Origin: Bigelowiella natans nucleomorph
Lineage: Eukaryota > Protista > Cercozoa
Direction of reading: 5' to 3'
DNA: 32,000 bases
Assembly (NCBI GenBank): GCA_000002455.1
Contig: DQ158856.1
Location: 1-32,000, forward strand
Position numbers and translations under genes: made by a program. Every line of letters starts with the position of its first letter. Within the stretch, counting starts at the first letter, position 1. This document shows, in pieces, positions 21,810 through 31,539 of this stretch. A model generated the notes under the pieces. It made no database searches and was not told the DNA's origin. It saw only the letters and a program-made list of their open reading frames with translations.

Positions 21810-22090
21810 ATGAAAAAACTGATGGTTCATCCAATAGTAAAATAAAATTATTTAGAACCTTCTTTATCGGTACTTAATCGGAAAAAATATAATTCTTGTT
21901 TGTTTAAAAGAAAAAAATAAGACAATAAATGGAAAAATTATAGTATATTTTAGTATTATAGGGTTTTGATGAGTATATGAATATTGTGTTGAGTGAAGCG
22001 GTAGCGAAAAACAAGGAGGTTGAGAAAATTAAAAATTTAATATTGGTTAAAGGTAATCAGATTAGTGAGTTATCTAAAAATTTTTCTTAA
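21810..22090 (+). CDS. snrpE: snRNP core protein SmE, 2 introns
   Basis: MKKLMVHPI|NLLYRYL...INGKII|GFDEYMNIVLSEA...ILVKGNQI. Introns 21837-21855 and 21943-21961 (19 each). Absent from the ORF track. Confidence 0.93.
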
Positions 22091-22108
22091 GTTAAACTTA
22101 TAATTGAA

Positions 22109-23258
22109 TCATAGCATACTTAATAAAATAGTATTTATTTTTGAACCTACGTACCCCATTGTTTTTTTTGTATATTTGCAGTATTTTCTATTTATATGCA
22201 TTCTTGGACTAGATAATGTAAAAGGTTCAATTAGTTTATTCAATCTCTCCAATAGGTACTCATTATAGCTCGTTAAGTTATTTCCTAAGAATTCAGACAT
22301 TTGATTTAGATTACTGTTCTTATTCGAGTGATTCAGTATCTGTATTAATGATTTTTTATTTAAATGAACTTTAGTATTTTTGAACTATAAACTTTAAAAG
22401 TACCTTAAATACTCCTCTTTGTAGCACTAATTTGATAAAAGCATGAAATTTTAGCTCTCCCCAAACTATATATGGGTTTATTTTTGATAGAAGAGACTTA
22501 ATTTTACTATTATTCTATTAAGTAAGTAAGAACTTTAATAACAATCGCTGTATTTATCTTTCTAAGTCCTAGACTTTTAAAAATTGATTTGACCTATTTA
22601 TTTTTATCTTACTTTTGGTTGAATGTCGAATTTACCTTTTAATCGTATTATCATTAGAAAGGATGTCTCGGAAACTAGATTGTCTTTTATACTAGATAGT
22701 ATACTGTTAGAAAAAGTTTTATTCTACTAAATGAAATCTAACTTCCTTAATTTCATTATTTTGATAAACTTTTTTAGTAATGTTGTCTTGTTTTTTCAAT
22801 GCAAAGTTATTTAACCCTGAAATTTCTGAATTTAAGTAAATGTATGTAATCAAGCACTTGATGAAATATGATTGTAAAGTATGTAAAGAAGAGACTTTAA
22901 TGAATAAAAATATTATCTTTTTATCCATAGTTGAGAATTGTTCTACAATTTTTATAAAATAATTAAGAAAAAAGTATGAAAAAAGTAAAGATGTTTCTTT
23001 CTTTTTATAAATATAAAATTTTTTAGTATTTATAAGTTGAAAGTTAATGTATTTTGTAACATCACGTTCTGTTGTCAAACGAAAATTTAATTTAGAATTT
23101 TTAAGTATATTAGAAAATCTATTTCTTATGAAAATATTTAAATCCCAATTGAGTTTTACTTTAAAAGTAATTTCTTCTGGTAAAGTTTTTGATATTTTTA
23201 AAGGAATGGTTTCATATGATATTTTTGTTAAAGATATATCTTGATAATTTTTAATCAT
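22109..23258 (-). CDS. rpl7: uL30-family protein (RPL7 or RLP7) with a long N-terminal region, about 4 introns
   Basis: Spliced FLMIIRLKG...PK|VKSIFKSLGLRKIN...INPYIVWG...LVLQRG...IEPFTLSSPR...GYVGSKINTILLSML*. The 5' part (22719-23258 ORF) joins by a 19-nt intron but is not recognisably homologous. Confidence 0.8.
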
Positions 23259-23284
23259 TTAAGAATCACTTATAAATTAGTTTA

Positions 23285-24398
23285 CTAATCTGTATGTAAT
23301 TTGAAAATTTTTACGGTAGACTTATTTGTGATCACAGACATAATTAACATATTCTTTATATTGGCATCTAGATAGTCTATTGTGTCAAACACTTGTAATT
23401 TAGTAAAGATTTTGTTTGTATATTCGTTACTCCATATCTACATTAATAAATAATACTTTAATAAGACCATCTCTTTCGGTTGTAATAAAATTAATTCGTG
23501 AATTGAAAATTGTTGATATTCCAGTTATTGTTTTATTTTGTGACCTTAGTGTGACTGGTTTTTTATTTGAATCAAAATCCCAAATGAAAAGTGTTTGCTT
23601 ACTATTTGATATAAGCAAAGATCTTTTGTTTTTTAAAAATCTTATATTCGTCATCTTTGAATTTTTTAAGAATATTTTTCTCGTAATCTTTCTTTGATTA
23701 TTATCCCATATCAAAATAGATCCATCATCATAACCTAGACCAATTAAATTATTAAATTTATCGTAATCCAAATTTATAAGTTTTCTTTTGTATATTTTTT
23801 CGTATGATATAAGCCTACATGTCTCAATATCTCTGATGTATAAAGAGGTATCTGAGTTAAAGGTTAAGAATCTTCTACCATTTTCAATAAATCTAGCATG
23901 ATACGATCCTACTTATTCATTTTTAGATGGGAAACAATTTTAAATTTATTATTCCAGAAATATATCTTGTTATCTAATTTGTAATTAAATACTTTTAGTA
24001 CAAGATAAAAAACTAATATTAGAATTATTCAAATTTTGATTTTCATCAGGAAACCATTCAAAATAAAAATTGGTAGCAAAAGCATTTATAGTAGATATTT
24101 TTGCAAATGATTTCAATGAAAAAATATCAATTAATCCGTTTGATAAACAAATGGCAATGAATCTAATATTTGGAGATAAAGCTGTTAGAAATGGAATAGA
24201 ATTATTATAAGAAATGAGTGTTTCACCAGAACCAGTTTTAGGTACGTAACTATAGTTATTTAATTTTGTAAAATAAGAATATTTTAAATTTTTCTTTTTA
24301 ATGGTATTATTAATCAACGAGTAAATTCTATATTTATTAAATGATGAGTTTTTACAATGTGAGAAAAATATGCTATTCTGATGGGGATATTTAAACAT
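23285..24398 (-). CDS. prp4: U4/U6 snRNP WD40 protein Prp4 (PRPF4)
   Basis: Seven WD blades collinear with PRPF4, including LSPNIRFIA...GL, the blade-2 insert FPDENQNLNNSNISFLSC, and a C-terminus ending right after the last blade (VKIFKLHTD*). Two 19-nt introns plus an anomalous junction near 23893-23912. WD40 identity is firm; orthology is less so. Confidence 0.7.
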
Positions 24399-24435
24399 AT
24401 ATAACAGATTACTAAGCAATGTTACTCCATAATAA

Positions 24436-24506
24436 GTCATAGTAGTACAACGGTAGTATCCCTGCCTGTCACGCAGGAGATTCGGGTTCAATTCCCGGCT
24501 ATGGCG
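24436..24506 (+). tRNA. trnD: tRNA-Asp (GUC)
   Basis: Acceptor GTCATAG/CTATGGC, anticodon arm CCTGC-CTGTCAC-GCAGG, T-arm CGGG-TTCAATT-CCCG. Confidence 0.95.
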
Positions 24507-24517
24507 AGAACTATTGC

Positions 24518-24856
24518 ATGCTTACTCATCAAATTTTCTTAGAAGTGTAAATAAAAGTTAGTAGAAAATTTTCAAAATATTAATAAAGAAACTTAAAAAA
24601 AATAAGAAGATTTCGGCCATCAAAAAACCCTATGAAAAAAGTTTATATCGTCTTAAAGAAAAAAAGAAAATAGTTTTCTATTATTTAATAGATTCAAACT
24701 TTGCTTATTACTCATGGCTACATGATGGAAAATCCACATTTAATATCACCAGTAGCAAGTTTTCTTTCAGTCAGCGATAAGTATACAAATAAAAATATGT
24801 TAAAAAAAAATTTTATATCACACTTTCAAAGAAATGTGATAAAAAAAAGATTTTAA
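24518..24856 (+). CDS. Small basic protein, tentatively SRP14-like
   Basis: ATG at 24518, a 20-nt intron 24545-24564 and a probable 19-nt intron 24752-24770 give MLTHQIFLEKIFKIL...KKPYE...WLHDGKSTFNITISDKYTNK...IKKRF*. An alternative splicing pattern is possible. Confidence 0.35.
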
Positions 24857-24943
24857 TTATTATAACTTCTTATTAAAATAAAAACTTATATGTAAATGAG
24901 TTGGTTTTAAATTTGCTTTTTGTAAAAATGTACTAGTTTTTGA

Positions 24944-26552
24944 TTACCCATAATAAACTTCTTGAACCGATATGATCTCATTTATCGTATTAATTGCCAT
25001 ATAATAAAGAGTTTTAATAATAATGGAAGGATCCAATAAGCCCACCCACTTATTTCCGGATTTTAGGTTGTTCAAAATATTTGTATAAATCGATAAATGG
25101 TTATTAGTAGAACAAAATATTTTATTCAGAAGATAAAATTTTGAATGGCTCTTAAATGAATGAACTATTCTTTCTATTATTTCGTCCAGAGCAGAACAAA
25201 AAATAAGTAAAAATATGTTACAAGATTTAAAAAGACGAGTATTCATATTAAGCAGAAAAAATAACGCAATAATTTCAAACCCTCCTTTACCAATAATCAA
25301 ATATGTATTTTTAAATAGAAGATCAGTTAGTTTTAAAGCACTTTGTAAGGATTTTTTGATAGTTCTATATAGATCACTTGTCGGGGCCGTAATAAGAATA
25401 GAAATACAATTAAAATTTTTAAATGACTCAAATGCTAAAATCGAGTATCCAAAACCTGTTTGGATTTCACGAATGCGTGATAAAGAGCCTAATTTATTGT
25501 AATTAATTTCTTGTATCCTTGGTAGGATCCTTGCTTTGCTTATTAGCGAAACTAATTCTAGTTCCTGTGTTTTAAGCCAAGATACGGCTAGAATAAAGTT
25601 GTTTGATAAGAATGTATTGATATAATTATCTATACCCCATTGAGTAAGAATTAAATTAACACCGAAAAGATTTAATTTTTTAAGGAAGTAGTCTATTTCT
25701 TTCACTTCATTGAAATATTTATAATGAAGTCCGTGGATTTCATTTATAGATGCGCAGTATTTAGATTTTTTTGGAAAAAACAATAGCGGGTGATTGAAGA
25801 TTGCCACTTTAGGCTTAACAATACATTTTGGTATGTTATAATTATCAAAAGAATATTTTATCAAAATTCCTGAAAGTAATCGACTTTCTTCAATGACCGT
25901 TCCAATCTGACCTTCGATCTTTTACTGAAAATTTAACATTTATTAGATTTAAATTTGCATTTTTTCTCTTATAATCATAGATATAAAGATAGGAATCAAC
26001 ACAAAGGATGGAAAACAAATTTTTGATTCGAGTATTTCTATTAAGTGATAAAAAACGTTAGTTCTCCGATAAACTCTGATATTATTTTTAAAATAGTATG
26101 TTTTGACTTTGTCCAGCCCGGTAAAGAGATCGAGAACTTACTGACTAATTTTATAAGTATTTTCGTAATTAAATTAAAATTTTGTAATATCTTATAAGGA
26201 TGAATCCCGGAATCCATAACCATTAATATTTTATTCAGAAAGCATGTTGTTATTATCATGCTATGCAATATAAATTTTTTTGATTGGAGTTTAATATTCG
26301 AAATGAATTGAACCATCAATTTAGAATACCTTATTTTAGCTTCATACAGCCTTATGAATTCAGTTGGATTATTATCTAGTAAATTAAAATTGACCGATTA
26401 TATGATTATCCTTATGTTTAATAAGAAAATAATTATTTCCATCTGGTCCTAATAGTTTTTCGAGGGAATTTGCGATATAATTTCCAATAAGAATACAATA
26501 TTTTATTAATTTTATACTATTTATATTCTGAAAAAGTAATATTAACTTGCAT
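24944..26552 (-). CDS. tcpE: T-complex protein 1 epsilon subunit (CCT5), multi-intron
   Basis: LLGPDG, KLMVQ, DSGIHP and GVNLILTQWGID...LAVSWLKTQELELVSLISKARILPRIQEINYNKLG, matching CCT5 GANLAICQWGFD...[35 protein letters not shown]. 19-nt introns include 26528-26546 and 26038-26056. Confidence 0.9.
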
Positions 26553-26606
26553 TACTTTCAGAAAAAGGTTAAAACAAATAAGTTTGGTTGGACTAGTCAT
26601 TTAAAT

Positions 26607-27119
26607 ATGAAAGGCCATAGCATACAAATATCAAAAAAGCTAATGAAATATCAACAATACATTTGTAATGATCCTATTCTAGATAATATTTTTGCGGTAA
26701 ATCAAATAGATATTTTAAAAATCATTAAAGTATTAGGATTTTAACTAGTTTTTCATGAAAGTTAAATATAAATTCTCAAATTCATTATTTATCATAAGAA
26801 TAAAAGACTTGATTAATAATATTATTTTGAAGAAACTTCACATCGTTGTGTATTCGGCAAATGCAACTAGAATAGATGTAATTTTATGGATACCTACATT
26901 ATGTAAAATTTTTTCAGTCCCGTGTATTAGTATAAGGGTATCTATTGTTTTCAATAGGGTAAATCTAAACTGTTCTTTTTTTCCCAATTCAAAAACCAGA
27001 TTGTGATAGGCATTAATAAAACTAGTGATATGGACTCTACTATTTTAAAGAGAATAAAAGATTTGATTGAGATTAATGATAAAACTAGTTACGGTCAGCA
27101 AGAAATTATTTACTATTGA
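26607..27119 (+). CDS. rpl7A: 60S ribosomal protein L7A (eL8), 2 introns
   Basis: KKLHIVVYSANATRIDVILWIPTLCKIFSVPCISIR|GKSKL matches [41 protein letters not shown]. Introns 26730-26748 (19) and 26938-26957 (20). Start uncertain. Confidence 0.85.
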
Positions 27120-27382
27120 ATTTCGAAGGCATGAAATCCATATGCTCCTCCTGTCATTTGTTGGTGGCATTTTTTGCATTTCCAAAGGCCTGTAGATACT
27201 TTGATAATTGCTAACTATTTTTTATAATTTAACTTTATTACAAAAAATACATTTATAAGTCTTTTTACATATTTTTTCTATTTTCATGTATCTAATTCTT
27301 AAAGAAGATCCGTATTTTGCTCCAAATTTGGAACACAGTTTTTTAATGTTTTTTTTAATCTAAGTCAAAAATATAAAACCAT
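27113..27382 (-). CDS. rpl37A: 60S ribosomal protein L37A (eL43), 2 introns
   Basis: KFGAKYGSSLR, YKCIFCNK and GLWKCKKCHQQMTGGAY (C4 zinc ribbon). Introns 27360-27379 (20) and 27215-27233 (19). Absent from the ORF track. Confidence 0.94.
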
Positions 27383-27419
27383 TATAGTATTATGAAAACT
27401 ACTTAATTTGCAATATTTA

Positions 27420-27855
27420 TTAATTAAAATTTAGATTAAGGACTAATCTCTTTAACTTCTTTAACATTCTGATATTGTTAAAAGGTACTTCATTTTATTC
27501 TTAAATTTTTTGGAACATTTATTTGGATAAAAAATTTTTACTCTAACATTTTTATCTTGAATAAAATGTTCTCTCAAATTAAATAATTTAATACATACTT
27601 TTATCAAGTCATAATAATAAATTAATGATTTTTTCATTTTTTTACTATTATTGATAGTTTAACATTTTCGTTTTTCTAAGACTCTCATTCCGTAAGTTGA
27701 GCATGCTTTTTAATTGTAATTGATATTTAATATTTTTAATCTTTTTTTTATTTATATACTTTTTGTTGGTATTTATTTAGTAATTTTTTTAATATTGATT
27801 TATTTATTTGATAATGTTTATTATCTAATTGGTTACTGGTGAAAGTTGATGCCAT
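27420..27855 (-). CDS. Hypothetical lysine-rich protein (about 125 aa), 3 introns
   Basis: Three AT-rich GT-AG introns (19, 19, 20 nt) give a continuous frame MASTFTSNQLDNKHY...KRLVLNLNFN* that fills the gap between rpl37A and XPB. Confidence 0.55.
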
Positions 27856-27873
27856 ATATCAAGATGTTTAAGT

Positions 27874-29612
27874 ATGCGTCTTTTTTACGTTTTCACTTTT
27901 ATGCTAAGGTTCTAAGTTATCTAATAGACTTTTATTAATTGATAATAAAATATCTGTCAGAAAATTACCTAAAAACAAAATAACTATTTTATATAAGCTA
28001 ATTATAAATAAAGGATGTTACAAAAATAGGTTATTGATTTATTGGAAAACATTTTCAAGAATACTTAATAATATGTATATGGGCTTTTCTCTGGCAACTT
28101 TTAATTGCATTTTATCTGAATTAAATTATAGATATAATCTCAGGTAAAATACTTATCGATAGTTTTACATTTTTAAAAGATATGTTAGTCTCTATTTATC
28201 AAAAGTACAATAAGCGATTATTTAAATCTCCAATTAACCGTTTAATTAGAAGTAAAAAAAGCGCGGATCTTAATTTGCGGTTACGTCCAGGGGTAGTACT
28301 CTATGATCATCAAGTTTTTAATTATTTCATAGGAATTTTGTAAGGTTAAACTATGTATAGATAACACAGTTAAAAGTGGCTACTTGATATTGCCTTGTGG
28401 ATCTGGGAAAACTCTCGTTGGAATATTAATAATGTCTTATGCCAAAACAGTCATTTTATGTATTGTTATTAATTTTCTGATGATAAATCAATGGAAGGAA
28501 CAAATATTTAGATGGACCTACTTGAAGAAAGAATGTGTAATCGAGATAAGTTCTTATGGCAAGACAAACTATCAGGGTATTAGTTAAAATTTTAGTAAAT
28601 CTGCAAGAGCATGCAATATTTTTAAGTACTTATAAAATTATTTCTTTCAAAGGCATTAGAAAAGGTTTAGGCGTTCTATTTAATAAAAAATTCTTTTTTA
28701 CCAACTGGGATCTAATAATTTTTGATGAATGTCATTTAATTAGAACTTTAGGTTTGGTAAAAACGTTTTGTATTTTTTATAGATTGATAAAATTACACAG
28801 TTATGGTAGAGTTGGATTAACAGCTATTTTTAAACTTGATCATGGCGGAATAAATTACTGCGATACAATTATTGGTCCTAAACTAGTAAATGTTAAATGG
28901 AAACAACTGACACATTCGGGTAGCATATCATTTGTAAAATACTACGAAATCTTAATTGACTTACCGTTAATGGATCAGCTTATCTATAAAAATTCTAAAG
29001 TTAAATATTATTTAAATAGTCTAACAGAGAAAAATTCGATATAGCTACAATGAACCCTAATAAAATAGAGATTTGTAGGTATCTGATAAAATATTTTTTA
29101 TATTCTATAAAATTCAATATTCTTATTTTTTGCGACTCAATAAAATTGCACAATAAGATCAGAAAAGCTTTAAAGATTGATTCTATAAGCGGTAAAACAT
29201 CTAAAATAATTCGAGAAAAATTAATCAAAGAATTTAAAGCAAATAATAATAAAAATAATGCCATTCTTTTTTCAAAGGTTCAACTCAATAAAATAGGTGG
29301 GTGATACCTCAGTAGATATTCCCAATGCTAATTTGATTATTCAAATTTCAAGCGATAGAGGATCAAGTGTTCAAGAGATTCAAAGAATAGGGAGAATTAT
29401 GAGAGCTAATAACTTAAAATCTGTGAAAAAGTATTCAATTTTCATAAATTTAATATCAAAAAATACAGTAGAACATTATTATTCTAAAAAGAGAAAGAGT
29501 CTTCTTGCCAGACAAGTATAATGCTTAAATATAGGATTTTTCTATTGAAACCTTAAAAACTAAAGTAAAAAAACTTACAAATAAAAAAATGTTAATAAAA
29601 TTTTATAAATAA
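27874..29612 (+). CDS. rad25: TFIIH helicase/translocase XPB (Ssl2/Rad25), multi-intron
   Basis: LRPGVVLYDHQ, SGYLILPCGSGKTLVG, QWKEQ, FDECH, GLTA, MNPNK and GDTSVDIPNANLIIQISS.RGS..QEIQRIGRIMRA. Start approximate. Confidence 0.92.
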
Positions 29613-29625
29613 TAAATCTCAATAA

Positions 29626-31510
29626 TTATAGATGATTAATTGTAATCAATAGCGAGTACAAAATATCATATACGATTACTATTCTTCTTAATTTGCTTCT
29701 AGCAGTAGTACACGATAAATTAAGCAATACAATAAAATCACCAAGGCTGCTTTTCTCATACCTTTTTTATAATATTTTACTTTTGTAAAGAGATGTTAAA
29801 ATTTCTCAAAAGTGAATAAAAAAATTTTAATAAAGTTTTAGTTCTATGTGAAAATTTCATAATTGTACAATTCGTAACTACATGCCGATAGTACGCCTTA
29901 ATAAGATTCATAGAGTTCGTGTGAATTGTAAAACAAAATCTGCCTTTCATTTTTTTAATGGTTTGTGCACTCTGGACTTTGCGTTCTTTTATTATATTTC
30001 TATCATATAGTTTAAAAGAATGATTCAAATAGGTTAATTTCTTTCAATTTAGTATTATACCTTTAGATGAAAAGAACTACGGTTATTAGTGTCTAGACAA
30101 ATAACATAATGACATTTGATATTTTTAAAAATGTCATTATGACTCAAATTACGGTAATCTTGTGAATTTTTGATTAGTATGAAATTAAAATTATATTTGA
30201 TTGTTATAAGTAAATTATTATCTAGAAAATCGATCTTTTTATGTTCTATTATCTTTTAATGTTAAAAGTACTTCATTAAGGATTCTACTTGTCATATGGT
30301 CAAAAGCATTATTTTTTATGATGATGATTCCTTTGTTTATAAGAAGAAAACAACCTATCATTGAATGAAATAAAGAATTAGAAGATAAACGATCAAATTT
30401 AAATAAATCTATAGATTTAAGGAAAGAAAATTTATCAATAAAAGCTCCATTTTTAGCATAATAAACTAGTCTTCTTAATAGTTGGTTTTTTAAAAATATA
30501 TCATTACTATCAATCAATATTTTAAAGTTTCTAAAATTTAAATGCTTTGTTTCTAAAATTTTAAATTTAGTATGAATTAAAACTAGAAAAAGTAATATTT
30601 TAGACCAATATGGAATTGTCAAGCTTTCAAAAATGCAATTAGAATATTTATTATTTCCCAAATTATAAAAAAACAATTTTCCTAACATTCTTGGTTTTAT
30701 ATAAGTGCGGTTAGGTCTGTAAAATTCTAATGATATTTTTAAACTCATAAATTTTAATTTATAAAATAGTTTTATGTTTGATTTGTTTGGATAAATTAAA
30801 ACAGAACTGAATCCTAGAGCCATGATTACGTCATTAGGAATCACGTTTTCAATAAGTGCATTTTCGATAAAAGTATCAACTAAGAAACATCTACTAGTGA
30901 GTTTATATTTATCATCCGAATATAGAACTACTAAATTACTATTATTTGAAAATTGACTGAATCCAAGTTGAATATTTTCGGAATTAAAATAGTTGGGTTT
31001 TTCTAGCATGGATCTATTTTCATAAAAGATATCATGTTCTTGCTCCTCAAATAAGTTAATTTTTTTATTATAATTAACAATTTTATCAATATTTACAATA
31101 TTAGTGATGATACTGATTACAGTTCCTTTTAAATAGATAAGACGACCAGAAAAAAAGTCATTTAAAAATAAATTATATTTAAAATATCGAATAAAAGGGA
31201 TATGATAATTTATAATAGTTTTATTATTCATTAAAGTATCTTTTTCAATGCTTGAAAATCTTGATAGAAATTGTAAAATTTGTTTTTGAATTTCTTTATT
31301 GAATACTGTGGGATTAAGAATAAAAATCTTAATAATATCATTATTAAAAATTTTTTTAGAAAAATATATGTTAAACATAGCTTTTTTTTTAAAATAAGCT
31401 AACTTTTTTGTCAATTTCTTTTCTATTGAATCGTCTATAAAGAGTTGGCATATAAAAGTTTTGAAGAATGCTTTTAGTTTATGAAAATTGTTTTTGACGT
31501 TCATTGTCAT
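29626..31510 (-). CDS. mcm: Highly divergent MCM-family replicative helicase subunit, 3 introns
   Basis: GRLIYLKGTVI (OB fold), LIENVIPNDVIMALG, KILID...KNQLLR, GCFLLINKGII and LNEIIEHKKI occur in MCM order. Paralog not assignable. Confidence 0.75.
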
Positions 31511-31539
31511 AGTCAAATAATAAAAATTGTTATTAGTAA

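Noticed and set aside
23427-23771. WD40 segment as Utp12/Dip2, Prp17 or SNRNP40
   Set aside because: Local similarity exists, but blade count, the blade-2 insertion and the C-terminal end fit Prp4 better. These alternatives are not formally excluded.
24399-24491. 5' extension of ORF 23985-24491
   Set aside because: It runs antisense through tRNA-Asp from a non-ATG start. The ATG at 24398 is preferred.
13439-29264. Antisense ORFs 13439-13630, 16964-17173, 23047-23244, 23416-23697, 25215-25502 and 29001-29264
   Set aside because: They are shadows of well-supported genes on the opposite strand.
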